A stretch of DNA of 64,000 nucleotides from an uncultured Chthonomonadaceae bacterium (GTDB lineage Bacteria > Armatimonadota > Chthonomonadetes > Chthonomonadales > Chthonomonadaceae), in assembly GCA_963835065.1 (NCBI GenBank), contig CAWIEK010000049.1, positions 384,001-448,000 of the forward strand, given 5' to 3'. The notes below the pieces were generated by a model. The model was not told the origin of the DNA, did no database searches, and saw only the letters and a program-made list of their open reading frames with translations. Positions 48,403 through 58,486 of this stretch are shown here, piece by piece (the first letter of the stretch is position 1; the number at the start of each line of letters is the position of its first letter). The translations under genes and the position numbers were made by a program.

Positions 48403-49398
48403 ATGCTTCTTTACACCCTGATTGGCGACTATCTGCAAGCCCTGCGCGTGGAACAAGGCGCGGCGGCGACCACGCAGAAAGGCTATACCGCCCAAATTCG
48501 CCACTTCCACACCTGGCTGACAGCAAACGGCTACCCGGAACCGATACTTGCCGACTTCAACGCGCCCGTTTGCCGCCGCTTCCTGTACTATTTGAGCGGC
48601 AAAGGTTTGAGGCCGCGCAGCATCCGTTCGTACTTCCACCCCCTCAAAGGCTTCGGCGAATTCCTTATCCGCAACGGCGTTCTTACCGACAATCCGGCAA
48701 AGACTGTCACCCTCCCGAAGAAGGACGCCGCCCTACGCAAGACGATCACGGACGAAGAAATCGCCCTCCTGCTGGACGCCTGCCACCGCAACCGCAACCC
48801 GCGCCGCGTGGCGTTGTGTCGCGCTGTTTTGTCTGTTCTGGTCTATGGAGGCTTGCGCCGCTCGGAACTGTGCGATCTGCGCCTGGAGGATGTGACGCTT
48901 CCCGACCCGAAGGACAACAAGAGCAAGGGCAGCCTACTTGTGCGTTGTGGCAAAGGCAGCAAGAGCCGTCGTATCTACCTGCCCGAGGAAGCCCTAACCG
49001 CGCTGAAAGAATGGCTGGCGCTGCGTCCGAAGAACTGCAAGCATCCCTATCTGTTCGTCTATGACGTGAACCGCCGACTTGGACATACAAGCCTGCAAAT
49101 GCTTGTGGAGGATGTGAAACATCAAGCCGGACTTGCGGGGCATGACAACATCAAGCCCCATTCGATACGTCACTGGCGGGCAACCGACCTGCTACGGAGT
49201 GGCGCCAACATTCGGGACGTGCAGGCGTTTCTAGGCCACAGCAGCCTGACGGTTACGGCTATCTACTGCCATTCGTCGGAGGAGCAACTAAGGAACATCA
49301 GCGAACTGACGAACCTGCACAGCCAAACGCAGTCGCCGCCCGATCCACGCCTCGACCGGCAGGACGCGCGCCCCCGCTTGCGCCGGATTGCCCGCTGA
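48403..49398 (+). CDS. int: Tyrosine recombinase / integrase
   Basis: GGLRRSEL, GKGSKSR, HSIRH, LGHS, TAIY catalytic set; adjacent to attL. Confidence 0.93.
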   Translation: MLLYTLIGDYLQALRVEQGAAATTQKGYTAQIRHFHTWLTANGYPEPILADFNAPVCRRFLYYLSGKGLRPRSIRSYFHPLKGFGEFLIRNGVLTDNPAKTVTLPKKDAALRKTITDEEIALLLDACHRNRNPRRVALCRAVLSVLVYGGLRRSELCDLRLEDVTLPDPKDNKSKGSLLVRCGKGSKSRRIYLPEEALTALKEWLALRPKNCKHPYLFVYDVNRRLGHTSLQMLVEDVKHQAGLAGHDNIKPHSIRHWRATDLLRSGANIRDVQAFLGHSSLTVTAIYCHSSEEQLRNISELTNLHSQTQSPPDPRLDRQDARPRLRRIAR

Positions 49399-49427
49399 AA
49401 AAGCAGACACCCGTATGCTTATTGGGG

Positions 49428-49472
49428 TAAAATAAGGGCAGGGTTCTTTGCGGGAACCCTGCCCTTATTTTA
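49428..49472. terminator. Strong hairpin / bidirectional terminator after the integrase
   Basis: 19-bp IR TAAAATAAGGGCAGGGTTC / GAACCCTGCCCTTATTTTA. Confidence 0.75.
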
Positions 49473-49560
49473 GTGCCGTGTGCAGGCGAATGAAGCGATT
49501 AACACCCTCATTCTACCCGCATCCCGGCGCACTCGTCAACACTCGACGGAGGTTTGCGCT

Positions 49561-50625
49561 ATGTTCTACTCCAAAAAAGCCAAAGCCACTTTGGACCGCA
49601 TCAAGTATTTCCAGACGAAGAAACAGGAAGGCTACGCCCGACGGCAAAAACTGCTTGCACCAGACAGACTACCGACAAGCACACCTGATGCTGTCGCACA
49701 AGCGCACATTGACCAGCGCGGTATTTACTTTGAAAACAGGATTCTTTTTTGGGAATGGTTTATCCAAACGGAAATCCACTTTGATCTGGAAACTGGAACG
49801 TTCACCTGTCCTATCGTTACTCCCCTTTTGGTACATGCTTGCGCGAACGCGGGGGAAATTCTACACATGTCTTATGCAGAGTATCGCGCCTACCGGCAAA
49901 TCGTGGAGGCTCCGCCGCACCATACATTGGCGAAGAAGTTTAACAGAGCGATGAAAGCGGCAATGGATGCCTCCGATGCCGCCAGTGAGCAACTCGTCTT
50001 TCAACAGATGTACGCAATAACCGAAGCCCTGTCTAAGCAGCACCCAGCATACAAGCCGACGCATGAAATCGAACATGACGCCTTAACTGGATGGATTGCG
50101 TCTCAAAAGGAACGATGGCATGTTCCGAGAGTAAACCGCCAACGCCCCGCGAACTTGGAAGCCGAAGTCCTGGAAGAAATGCGGAGCAGTGTCTTCCAGA
50201 TGCAACCGCGCGATCTACCTTTCTTTCCTGTCGCATTTGGTGAACCTTCCTTTATCAACCTGCCTACTCTTGTACGTGGAAGTGTGGCGAAGACTAACCA
50301 ATCAGACGAAGATAAGTGGAAAGATCATAATCCCGCGACACAGGCAAAATTGCGCGAAATGACAGAGCCGGCAGATGAAACGGAAGAAGTTCGGCTCCGT
50401 ATCGGGAACCGTCAAGCGTTTGAGGCTTTGCGGCCTCACGCGAGACTTAATCGGCGTGAGAATGAGTACTTTACCTGTTTGCTGGAAAACCCGGAACTCT
50501 ACTTCAATTCTTATGGCGGCAATCTGGCCGTGTCTAAGCGGTTGGGATGGACACCTGAGAATGTGCGCCGGGTGAAAAGTGATTGCCTTGCCAAACTCAC
50601 TGCCGCCGCGCAAAAGCATCCGTAG
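49561..50625 (+). CDS. Hypothetical protein with C-terminal sigma-region-4-like HTH
   Basis: GGAGG SD; LNRRENEYF...AVSKRLGWTPENVRRVKSDCLAKL. Confidence 0.6.
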   Translation: MFYSKKAKATLDRIKYFQTKKQEGYARRQKLLAPDRLPTSTPDAVAQAHIDQRGIYFENRILFWEWFIQTEIHFDLETGTFTCPIVTPLLVHACANAGEILHMSYAEYRAYRQIVEAPPHHTLAKKFNRAMKAAMDASDAASEQLVFQQMYAITEALSKQHPAYKPTHEIEHDALTGWIASQKERWHVPRVNRQRPANLEAEVLEEMRSSVFQMQPRDLPFFPVAFGEPSFINLPTLVRGSVAKTNQSDEDKWKDHNPATQAKLREMTEPADETEEVRLRIGNRQAFEALRPHARLNRRENEYFTCLLENPELYFNSYGGNLAVSKRLGWTPENVRRVKSDCLAKLTAAAQKHP

Positions 50626-50712
50626 CCGCAACAAACTTTTCCAAATATTTTTTCAGAAAGTTCTCACACTTGCCCCCTCCTCGCCGCCTACTGGTGAAGG
50701 AGGGATTTTTTT

Positions 50713-50913
50713 ATGCCAGCTATGCTACCGACACGCCGACTGGTTTGCATTTACGAGGGCAATCTTATCGGCCAGATGCAGCTTCTCGCAACTTCTTGCG
50801 ACCCGGAACTTATTACCATCGCCATGCAGAAGATGTTGCCCCATACGAACAGGCCAATGCGCAGGCCGCGAACCCGCAAACGCCGAGGCAAAGAAAATGG
50901 CCGGAATTGTTGA
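50713..50913 (+). CDS. Small hypothetical protein
   Basis: GGAGG SD, basic C-terminus, in the rightward operon. Confidence 0.45.
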   Translation: MPAMLPTRRLVCIYEGNLIGQMQLLATSCDPELITIAMQKMLPHTNRPMRRPRTRKRRGKENGRNC

Positions 50914-50989
50914 CAGCAATTCCGGCCAAGCAGAACGGACACAAACACGAGACAAACGGCCTTTGGACAAAGGCAAATTGAGGTGAACC

Positions 50990-51610
50990 ATGAACATTAT
51001 GACTGACAAGTGTGCCCTTGTCAACACGCCCCCGACCCGCAATATACGGCGGGACATTACCACTCCTCCGACGCACGTAGCGAAACCGGAAAGCGTCATT
51101 TTGCAGGCTTCTGCCGCCCATATCGAAACGGCGCGCGTCCTTGCGGGTATGCGTACATCGCTGCACGACGGACGGCGCAAGCCGCATGAAGATTTAGGCG
51201 CGGATGCCAACCGTGAGGCCGATTATGTGGGACTTCTCGCCGAATTGACGATCCTGATCGCGCTCATCGGCGCAGGCTTTCGCCCCACCCAATTTACGCT
51301 GTTGGCAAACCCGACGCCAAGCGGTCCCGACTTCGCTCTGAACGGCAAAACCTTCAATGTCAAGGCGTTGCCGATGGGCAAGCGCTTTCTGTGTGTCAAC
51401 GAACGTCAGCGCATCGATCCGCGCCAGCATAGCGATTTTTACTTGCCCATGCAGTTCTTGACGTCAACAACCTTACGCGTATTGAAGCCAATTGAGGCCG
51501 CTGCTGTTGCCACCTGGCCGTTGCGTGAAATGCACAGCGCCTACCGCTCGACAGACATTGCGGCCCTTTCCGCCTTGCACGATTTGAAGGAGGTGGCGCA
51601 ATGCCGGTAA
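50990..51610 (+). CDS. Hypothetical protein, PD-(D/E)XK-like fold
   Basis: GLLAE...GPDFALNGKTFNVK pattern. Confidence 0.55.
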   Translation: MNIMTDKCALVNTPPTRNIRRDITTPPTHVAKPESVILQASAAHIETARVLAGMRTSLHDGRRKPHEDLGADANREADYVGLLAELTILIALIGAGFRPTQFTLLANPTPSGPDFALNGKTFNVKALPMGKRFLCVNERQRIDPRQHSDFYLPMQFLTSTTLRVLKPIEAAAVATWPLREMHSAYRSTDIAALSALHDLKEVAQCR

Positions 51611-51879
51611 AATTCCCCTTCGGCAAATTCAACGGCGTGGCCGTTGATAACATTCCGTCGTGGTACTTGACGTGGGCACTGAGCAACCTGACTGACCTGG
51701 ACACCGCGCTGCGTGACGACATGCAGCGCGTATTGCAGCAGCGGAAACCAGTACGCAAGCCCGCCCCACAAAAGCCTGTCTCTCGTAAGCCCGTTGGGAA
51801 GCGACAGGGCCAGCCCTCAAAACCAACCCCGGAAGCAATTCAGGCATCCATTCGCTTAATGAAGAAGGGAGGCGCGTAA
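51601..51879 (+). CDS. DUF3820 / ExoX-C-terminal-like small protein
   Basis: FPFGKFNG..VDNIPSWYLTW. Confidence 0.7.
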   Translation: MPVKFPFGKFNGVAVDNIPSWYLTWALSNLTDLDTALRDDMQRVLQQRKPVRKPAPQKPVSRKPVGKRQGQPSKPTPEAIQASIRLMKKGGA

Positions 51880-53544
51880 ATGGCAACCCTCCTTATGGAC
51901 GCCGTGAGCAAGCTGCGCGCTGAACCCGATCCTAATCACCCCGGCGATTTTCTGGCGGACTGCCCGGACTGCTGCCAGCGCGCGCTGCAATTGTGCAAGG
52001 ACGCCGAAAGCAATCTTGCCGCCTACTGCCCGAACTGCGGCAAAGGCGCCGGTCCCAAGTTTCGCAAGATGTTTCCCACAATGCCGTCCCTTCCCAAGCC
52101 CTTACCGCGCTCGACGCCTGACCCGCCACCGGCAGAAGCGGAATTGAACCGAGAACTGGCCGGCCTGCCTACAACCGATATGGGCAATGCCGAGCGACTG
52201 GTGAAACGCTTCGGCGCGGACTTGCGCTTCTGCCATAGTTTCGGAAAGTGGCTGATATGGGACGGCAAGCGCTGGAAGCCCGACGACAGCAGCGCGGCCA
52301 TTCGCCTGGCAAAGCGGACGGTACGCCTGATCCACGCGGAAATTGCCAGCATTGACGTGACGGATACGGACTCGGATAAAGCAATGGTAAAGGCGCTCAC
52401 GGCTCACGCGAAGAAGAGCGAGGCGAAAGAACGGCTGATGGCAATGCTGAAACTGGCGGAAAGCGAGGCGGAAGTTTCTGTCACCAGTGACGCGCTCGAC
52501 GCCGACGAGTGGCTGCTGAATGTCGCCAATGGAACGCTCGACTTGCGCACTGGAACCCTGCACCCGCATGTTCGGGCGGACCTGATTACTAAATGCACTC
52601 CCATCCATTATGCCCCGGTGACGTGTCCCTTGTGGACGAAGTTCTTAACCCGCGTAATCCCCGATGAAGCCGTACGCGACTATGTACAGCGCGCGTGTGG
52701 CTATGCCCTGACAGGGCGCACGTCGGCGCAGTGCGTGTTCTTCTTGTATGGCAACGGCAAGAACGGCAAGTCCGTGTTCACGGGCGTATTAGAACACTTG
52801 CTTGCCGAGTATTGGGGCAAGACGCGGGCAGAAACCTTGATGCAAAAACGCGATCAAGGCAATATCCCTAACGATGTGGCCGCGCTGCGCGGGTTGCGCC
52901 TGTGTACCGTGAGTGAAATCAACAACGGCCAGCGCCTGAACGAAGCCCTGATTAAAGACTTGACCGGCGGCGATACGCTGTCTGCCCGCTTTCTGCATCA
53001 GGAGTTTTTCAACTTCAAACCACAGTTCAAATTGTGGCTATACGGAAACCACAAGCCCGAAGTGAAAGGCACAGACGAAGGTATCTGGCGGCGGCTGCGC
53101 TTGATCCCCTTCAATGTGACCATCAGCGAGGAGGAGAAAGATACGGAACTGCCGGAGAAGCTGCGCGGCGAACTGTCGGGCATTCTTGCCTGGGCGGTAC
53201 GTGGGTGCATGGAGTGGCAGCGCGTGGGACTGGCCGAGCCGGAACCAGTCCGTCAGGCGACGCAAGCCTATCGGCATGAAATGGACAACACCGCGCAATT
53301 TCTGGCAGAGCGCTGCACAGATGCGCCGGACGAATGGGGCTTCTGCGCTGAATTTGGCGGCAATCTGTACGAGGCGTATGAGACGTGGTGCAAGCTAACC
53401 GGCGAACACGCCTGCACCAAACGCGCGTTTGGGGATATGTTGACGAAGAAAGGGTATGCGAAGAAGCGCAACGCCAAAGGGCAGCAGTATACCGGAATCC
53501 GGCTGTTGTCCGAGTCGGAAATGCAGGCAAGCGCCTGTGTATAG
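51880..53544 (+). CDS. P4-family / D5-like SF3 helicase with N-terminal Zn finger
   Basis: TDMGNAERL, LNVANGTLDL, YGNGKNGKS Walker A, IKDLTGGD..ARFL, DEGIWRRL. Confidence 0.93.
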   Translation: MATLLMDAVSKLRAEPDPNHPGDFLADCPDCCQRALQLCKDAESNLAAYCPNCGKGAGPKFRKMFPTMPSLPKPLPRSTPDPPPAEAELNRELAGLPTTDMGNAERLVKRFGADLRFCHSFGKWLIWDGKRWKPDDSSAAIRLAKRTVRLIHAEIASIDVTDTDSDKAMVKALTAHAKKSEAKERLMAMLKLAESEAEVSVTSDALDADEWLLNVANGTLDLRTGTLHPHVRADLITKCTPIHYAPVTCPLWTKFLTRVIPDEAVRDYVQRACGYALTGRTSAQCVFFLYGNGKNGKSVFTGVLEHLLAEYWGKTRAETLMQKRDQGNIPNDVAALRGLRLCTVSEINNGQRLNEALIKDLTGGDTLSARFLHQEFFNFKPQFKLWLYGNHKPEVKGTDEGIWRRLRLIPFNVTISEEEKDTELPEKLRGELSGILAWAVRGCMEWQRVGLAEPEPVRQATQAYRHEMDNTAQFLAERCTDAPDEWGFCAEFGGNLYEAYETWCKLTGEHACTKRAFGDMLTKKGYAKKRNAKGQQYTGIRLLSESEMQASACV

Positions 53545-53644
53545 TCAGGGCGTTGTGTATAGTCGTGTATAGTGTGCGGAGGTTTTTTGTTTCAGCGCGT
53601 CTCGTGAAGTGAAAAACATGCACTAACTATACACGACTATACAC
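53537..53644. repeat. Iteron cluster, putative replication origin
   Basis: GTGTATAGT at 53537, 53555, 53565; inverted ACTATACAC at 53626, 53636 (perfect 19-bp IR). Confidence 0.75.
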
Positions 53645-53772
53645 ACCCTACACAGAACACCGTTCTTTTGGGCAAAGAGAAGGCAGATGCCGCCCATCTA
53701 CAAAACATACGGACGTGGGTACATCAGGCACTTGAGGCCGAACTGATGCAGGGAGAACAAAGCAAATTTAGT

Positions 53773-54348
53773 TTAGCGGATACGGCGGAAATATGACAGC
53801 TCCCTGTTGAACTCTCGCAGGGTAAGTACTTGCCCGTCCGCGCTGACTTCAAAAGGCCAGGCCGTTGTGTCTCTTTCAATAAACTCCGCTTGTTGCACGG
53901 AAGGAGGGCCAACCAGCAGTTTGTCACCGGAGACATGGTACTCCCTTATTATGGTAGTCATACCTATAGGGGGTACAAACTCCTCTTTGCTTTGGACAGG
54001 TTCTTGGTAGGACAAAGTATGCTCATTAAAAGTGAGCATATTGTCAAAGACAAAGTTACTTTGTGACGTACTTATCCATACACCTATCAATCTATTCTGT
54101 GATGAGTGAGAGCGCATGAAGAACCATACCGAACCAATTCCCAGAACCACCAAGAGGACGCATAGTGGCTTTAGAAAACCTATCGCGCGAATGGTGGTTG
54201 GCTGTGTTGGTCTTTGATCGGGCGTTAGCATTTGCGTAGGAGGCGAGGCCGGAGGCGCGGTGAACACCGTTCGGTACTGGTGTCCGCATTGCGCACAGTG
54301 CGGAGCGTCGAGGGGAGCAGGGGTAGCGCAACGGGGACATTGTTTCAT
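53773..54348 (-). CDS. Zinc-ribbon membrane-anchored protein
   Basis: CPRC...CAQC, Pro linker, one TM helix. Confidence 0.7.
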   Translation of the reverse strand: MKQCPRCATPAPLDAPHCAQCGHQYRTVFTAPPASPPTQMLTPDQRPTQPTTIRAIGFLKPLCVLLVVLGIGSVWFFMRSHSSQNRLIGVWISTSQSNFVFDNMLTFNEHTLSYQEPVQSKEEFVPPIGMTTIIREYHVSGDKLLVGPPSVQQAEFIERDTTAWPFEVSADGQVLTLREFNRELSYFRRIR

Positions 54349-54476
54349 GGTTTGCTTCTCCTGATGGGACTAAAAGGGCTTCACCAGATGCTCAAGCCTG
54401 TCTGTAATTGGGTTGGTGGTTCAGATTTCATAAAAGCAGTATAGCACAGGCGTCAAGCCCGACAAACATATACATG

Positions 54477-54496
54477 TGTACACAATCTTGTGTACA
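54477..54496. promoter_or_regulatory. Palindromic operator-like site in a divergent intergenic region
   Basis: TGTACACAA-TC-TTGTGTACA perfect. Confidence 0.55.
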
Positions 54497-54512
54497 GAAA
54501 GCAGGTCACCGA

Positions 54513-54872
54513 ATGGCAGAATACCCCGTTTTTGATGCCGCAGGCTTCCGGCGTTTTGTGGAGCAGGATGGCCCCATCATCCACGACGCCATTCACAACC
54601 TGAACAATGTGGGCGAACAGCTGCAGGCCGCGCTGCAAGCCGCGCCCGCGTTGCTGGAAGGACGAACGCCACAAACGGCGAACCGGTGTGCCGACTATTT
54701 GCAGCAGATCGCCGTGACGTTGGCAGCGATCCAGCACGGATTGCTTGTTCTTGACCGCGACTTGGGCAGCATCGGCCTGGGTGTCAATCACGCGGCATTG
54801 GGACTGAGAAGCGAAGCCTTGCAAGCGGCACAGGCGCAACTACGACAACCGAAAGGACGGAGGACACGCTAA
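54513..54872 (+). CDS. Helical hypothetical protein coupled (TAATG) to the next gene
   Basis: 119 aa, amphipathic helices. Confidence 0.6.
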   Translation: MAEYPVFDAAGFRRFVEQDGPIIHDAIHNLNNVGEQLQAALQAAPALLEGRTPQTANRCADYLQQIAVTLAAIQHGLLVLDRDLGSIGLGVNHAALGLRSEALQAAQAQLRQPKGRRTR

Positions 54873-57142
54873 TGGCAGGCGAGAAAACCATGTTAGGCGT
54901 GGATGTGAATGTCGCGGCTCCCAACGCGCGGGAGTTGTTCGGCGACTTGCTGCGATGGGTGGAACAACTCAAGCAGGCCGCCAATGTGCAGATCAACATT
55001 GGCGTACCGGGCAATGTGGGCGCGGGAACCGGCGCGGGCGGCGCGGCGCAGGCGGTACGCAACTCCACGCAGGCCGGCAGTCCGGGCGGCAGTGGGTGGA
55101 GTCCTGCGGGGATGTACACCGGTGCGCCTGCCGCCATGAACAACAGCCAGCGGGCGTATGATGCGGCAAAGGGCGTAGGCTTTCAGGGCAGTTACAACGA
55201 GTGGAAGCAAGCGGAGTTTGAACAGGGGCAGGGACGGCGGCAATCGGCGGCGGAGCGCGAAAACGAACGTCGGCAGCAGCAGGCAGACTGGGCGCACGAC
55301 AACGGGATCAAGCGCCAGCAGGCGGATGAAGCGTGGCTGCTTAGAGACCGGGATCGTGGTCTCAAGCAAATGGACGCCGACTATGCGTGGCTGGACAAGC
55401 AGGACGCGGTTGCCGCCAAAGCCCGCGTTCCCTTCTCGGACGGACTTGGCAACCGGATGCGGCAGGGCTTCAATGTCCTCAACCCGATGGCCGCCAACAA
55501 CGACCTATACACGCGCGGCCAGCAGCGGTATGCTGCGCAAGCGGTGGTTGGACTCGCTACGCACACTATCGGAGGTGAACTGTCGCTGTATGCCAACAAC
55601 ACGGCCACTGGCGATTACAACCCCATGCAGGCGGCAGGACTGGCCGGCGCCGCCGCCGGTGGCTTTCTCGGACTGGCGGCAGGTGCGATAATCGGCTCCG
55701 TTGCGCCGGTTCCACAGCCAGGACTCGGCGCACTCATTGGGATGCAGGGCGGCATGACGACCGGAAGCGCGTATGCGCAGTCTGTCATGGCTCCCTTTAT
55801 GCGGACGCACAGTATGGCGCTGACGCTCTCGTCGATTGCCGCGCGCGAAGGCCGCAATGTCTACGACATGATCGGCGGGCATCACCACCGGATCGACACG
55901 CAGACCAGCGGATTGCAGCATCTGTCCGAAGAAATCAGTTTTCACGGCAAGACTGACCGTGAAATCTTAGGGATTAAGGCAGGACTCTACACCGGCACGG
56001 ACATTATCAGTGGGCCACAACTGGCGCAAACGTATGCCACGCTTGGCAGTGGCCTGCTGGCGGCGGGCAACGATCCGCGCCGCGCCTACGATTTATCGGC
56101 GAACTTAGCACGAAAGTACGGGCAGGCTGCGCCGCAGATGGCGACAATGGCGGCAGGCGTGATTGCGCAGACCGCGAAGTGGGGTGATAATCGGGGCGAC
56201 CTGATGCTGGCAACAGGACCGGAAGCCTTTGGGGCGTATGCGGACGCGACGGGCAAACCCGACTTCACGAAAGAACAACTGCAAGGCTATGGCGACGTGC
56301 AGCGCGCCGACTACCAGATGCAGGTAGCGGAGACAAACCCGCGCGGGCGGGGACAGGCCAAGCAAATCGTGTACGACGCGAAACTGAAAGCCCTGACGCC
56401 CTTTGGAACGGACACGTTGGCGTATCGGCAGGCGCAACAAGGCCGACGGCAAGCGGTATTGCAGGGCTACGAGGAACGCGACATTACCGCCTACGATATT
56501 CCGATGGCGGGACTGGAAGCCGAAGAACGCATCCATCAGGCCTTACCCTATCAGCCGGGCTACAACTATGGCGCGGCTTTAGAGCGCATGGGACTGCGGG
56601 CGAACCAGTTGAACACCGTCGGCAAGCGGTATCAATCCCTCATGGCAAAGGGACAGCTAAGCGAAGAAGAACAGAAGGCCACGTACAGCCAGTACCAGGG
56701 GATGCGGGTCGCGCAGGCGCAGGACGTGGCGGTTCTGGCGGAAGGCGGCGAAGACCGGGCGATGCTCCTCGCGGCAGGACGGGGTAACAGCCATAACCGC
56801 TACGACAGCGAACAGCAGGCGTCTATGGCGGTCTTCAACATCGGCCACCCAAGAAGAAGTCACGGCGCGATCAATGGGCAGCAACTTGCCATGCAGAACG
56901 CTTTCCTGCACAAGTACGATACGCCCGACTTCGATGCCGCCGGCGCGGCGATGCCGAAGGATAGAATGACAGGGATGGACTCTACGCAGGTCGTGGGCTT
57001 GCTGTCGCGCATTGCCGAAGCCGTCGAAAGCCGGGGCAAAGGCATGGGCAGCAGCGTCAATCCGGGTGAGGCGCGCGGCATGGTGACGGGGGCGCTTGCG
57101 CTCACTGATATTCTTGGTATGCCCCCGAAGAACACGAACTAA
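54872..57142 (+). CDS. Tail tape-measure-like protein
   Basis: 756 aa, Ala/Gly/Gln-rich and helical; GAAAGGFLGLAAGAIIGSVAP..GLGALIG glycine-zipper. Confidence 0.55.
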   Translation: MAGEKTMLGVDVNVAAPNARELFGDLLRWVEQLKQAANVQINIGVPGNVGAGTGAGGAAQAVRNSTQAGSPGGSGWSPAGMYTGAPAAMNNSQRAYDAAKGVGFQGSYNEWKQAEFEQGQGRRQSAAERENERRQQQADWAHDNGIKRQQADEAWLLRDRDRGLKQMDADYAWLDKQDAVAAKARVPFSDGLGNRMRQGFNVLNPMAANNDLYTRGQQRYAAQAVVGLATHTIGGELSLYANNTATGDYNPMQAAGLAGAAAGGFLGLAAGAIIGSVAPVPQPGLGALIGMQGGMTTGSAYAQSVMAPFMRTHSMALTLSSIAAREGRNVYDMIGGHHHRIDTQTSGLQHLSEEISFHGKTDREILGIKAGLYTGTDIISGPQLAQTYATLGSGLLAAGNDPRRAYDLSANLARKYGQAAPQMATMAAGVIAQTAKWGDNRGDLMLATGPEAFGAYADATGKPDFTKEQLQGYGDVQRADYQMQVAETNPRGRGQAKQIVYDAKLKALTPFGTDTLAYRQAQQGRRQAVLQGYEERDITAYDIPMAGLEAEERIHQALPYQPGYNYGAALERMGLRANQLNTVGKRYQSLMAKGQLSEEEQKATYSQYQGMRVAQAQDVAVLAEGGEDRAMLLAAGRGNSHNRYDSEQQASMAVFNIGHPRRSHGAINGQQLAMQNAFLHKYDTPDFDAAGAAMPKDRMTGMDSTQVVGLLSRIAEAVESRGKGMGSSVNPGEARGMVTGALALTDILGMPPKNTN

Positions 57143-57417
57143 TGCAGGGGGAAGCGGGAACCTTGCGGGTTTGTGCGCTTCTCCTGCCATTGCTGTAGGA
57201 GCGCGGCAAATTCGGGAGACTCATACGCCAATGCCTGCGTTGCCAGGTGAATATCCCGAATTTCCATCATCTTGAACACAAGGGCGTCGGAGGCTTCGCG
57301 CCCTTGTATCCTACCTTCGGAAGCGTCCTGCGCCAGTTGTTGAAAGTCATCGTAGAGCGCGACCGTCTGTGCCATCAATTGTTCAAACTTCGCTTTCAGT
57401 TCTCGTTCTAAATCCAT
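57139..57417 (-). CDS. Small helical hypothetical protein
   Basis: GGAGGT SD; 92 aa. Confidence 0.6.
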   Translation of the reverse strand: MDLERELKAKFEQLMAQTVALYDDFQQLAQDASEGRIQGREASDALVFKMMEIRDIHLATQALAYESPEFAALLQQWQEKRTNPQGSRFPLH

Positions 57418-57638
57418 AGCAGCACCTCCGGCTTATGCCAATGTTAGATTTTCGCCCGTCCTGTACAGTCGTATCTTGGCAGGACAGGCAATTTATCGTG
57501 TACTTCTCCCGAGTTTTTGTGCCTTCTGGCACGGTTCGCACGGTTGTCTTTTTCTACACTCCCCGCCGCCACAACGCGCCGGAAACGTCGTATTTCCTCC
57601 CGGCACAACGTTCGGCACAATTTGTGCCAGTTTGGACA

Positions 57639-57944
57639 CTACAACGCTTGACGAAGGGCGCGCAGGGCGGCTTCCACGCGGGCGCGCATAGCGGCGTCGA
57701 GGGTGAGGGCGTCGAGTTGGGGCGTGACCTTGTTCCAAAAGTCGCGCTGTGCGTAGGGGCAGCGGGTGCGCGTGGCCTGGACACTGCCCAGATACTTCAC
57801 GACGCGCTGGCGGGGCTTGCCGTGGACGCGCGTGTTCTGCACCAGCACGGCGGAAAGCGTGTCTTTGCAGCCCTTCTCGCCGTTTGGCGTGGCGGCGCTC
57901 CACGTTTGGCGCGTTCCCTGTCTGTGTTTCCAACGAATGTACAT
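57639..57944 (-). CDS. Hypothetical protein (beta-hairpin GKPRQRVVKYLG)
   Basis: AAGGAG SD; resembles the N-terminal domain of IS1634-type transposases and mobile-element small proteins. Confidence 0.6.
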   Translation of the reverse strand: MYIRWKHRQGTRQTWSAATPNGEKGCKDTLSAVLVQNTRVHGKPRQRVVKYLGSVQATRTRCPYAQRDFWNKVTPQLDALTLDAAMRARVEAALRALRQAL

Positions 57945-58054
57945 GCGGTTTCTCCTTTCTGCTTTGCTACTACGGGCAGGTGGAAAGGAGAGGTAATTGC
58001 CCTGTGAACGGCGTAGAGTCGCGCACAGGGCAACGTGATTCGATTACGGCCTAT

Positions 58055-58414
58055 CTACGCGGCCAGCGTGTCCGCGACGTGGGCCAGCACAAGGGTGCAG
58101 CAGGTGTCACTCGCTACCAGCATCTTGCCGGCCAGCGCGCGCACCTTCGCGGCGAAGTCTTCATTTCCAACATGTGGGGCAGAAACACCGTTTTGTACAG
58201 ATGCAGGGCTTTGCGCCCGCGAACAGTTCACCACGCCGAAGTCCGGGAAGTCTTTGCCAACGGTGAACGGGTTGCCGAAGTAACCATCACAGCGCAGGCG
58301 GTCGTCTCTCCTGCCGACAAAGACGTGATCGCTGTATTCCGGCAACTCCTGCCAGCCGTAGGGCAGGCTGGTGAGGTTTACGACGCGGGTTTGCGGGTTC
58401 GTTGCGGTGTGCAT
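58055..58414 (-). CDS. DUF4326-like protein (degenerate)
   Basis: TRVVNL, VFVGRR, YFGNPF, LAGKML. Confidence 0.65.
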   Translation of the reverse strand: MHTATNPQTRVVNLTSLPYGWQELPEYSDHVFVGRRDDRLRCDGYFGNPFTVGKDFPDFGVVNCSRAQSPASVQNGVSAPHVGNEDFAAKVRALAGKMLVASDTCCTLVLAHVADTLAA

Positions 58415-58486
58415 ACTTCTTCTTCTCCTTGTGCAGTGGGGTGTCAGGCCGGGAATGGGTACGGCTCCCGGCAGGCCGTGCGGGTG

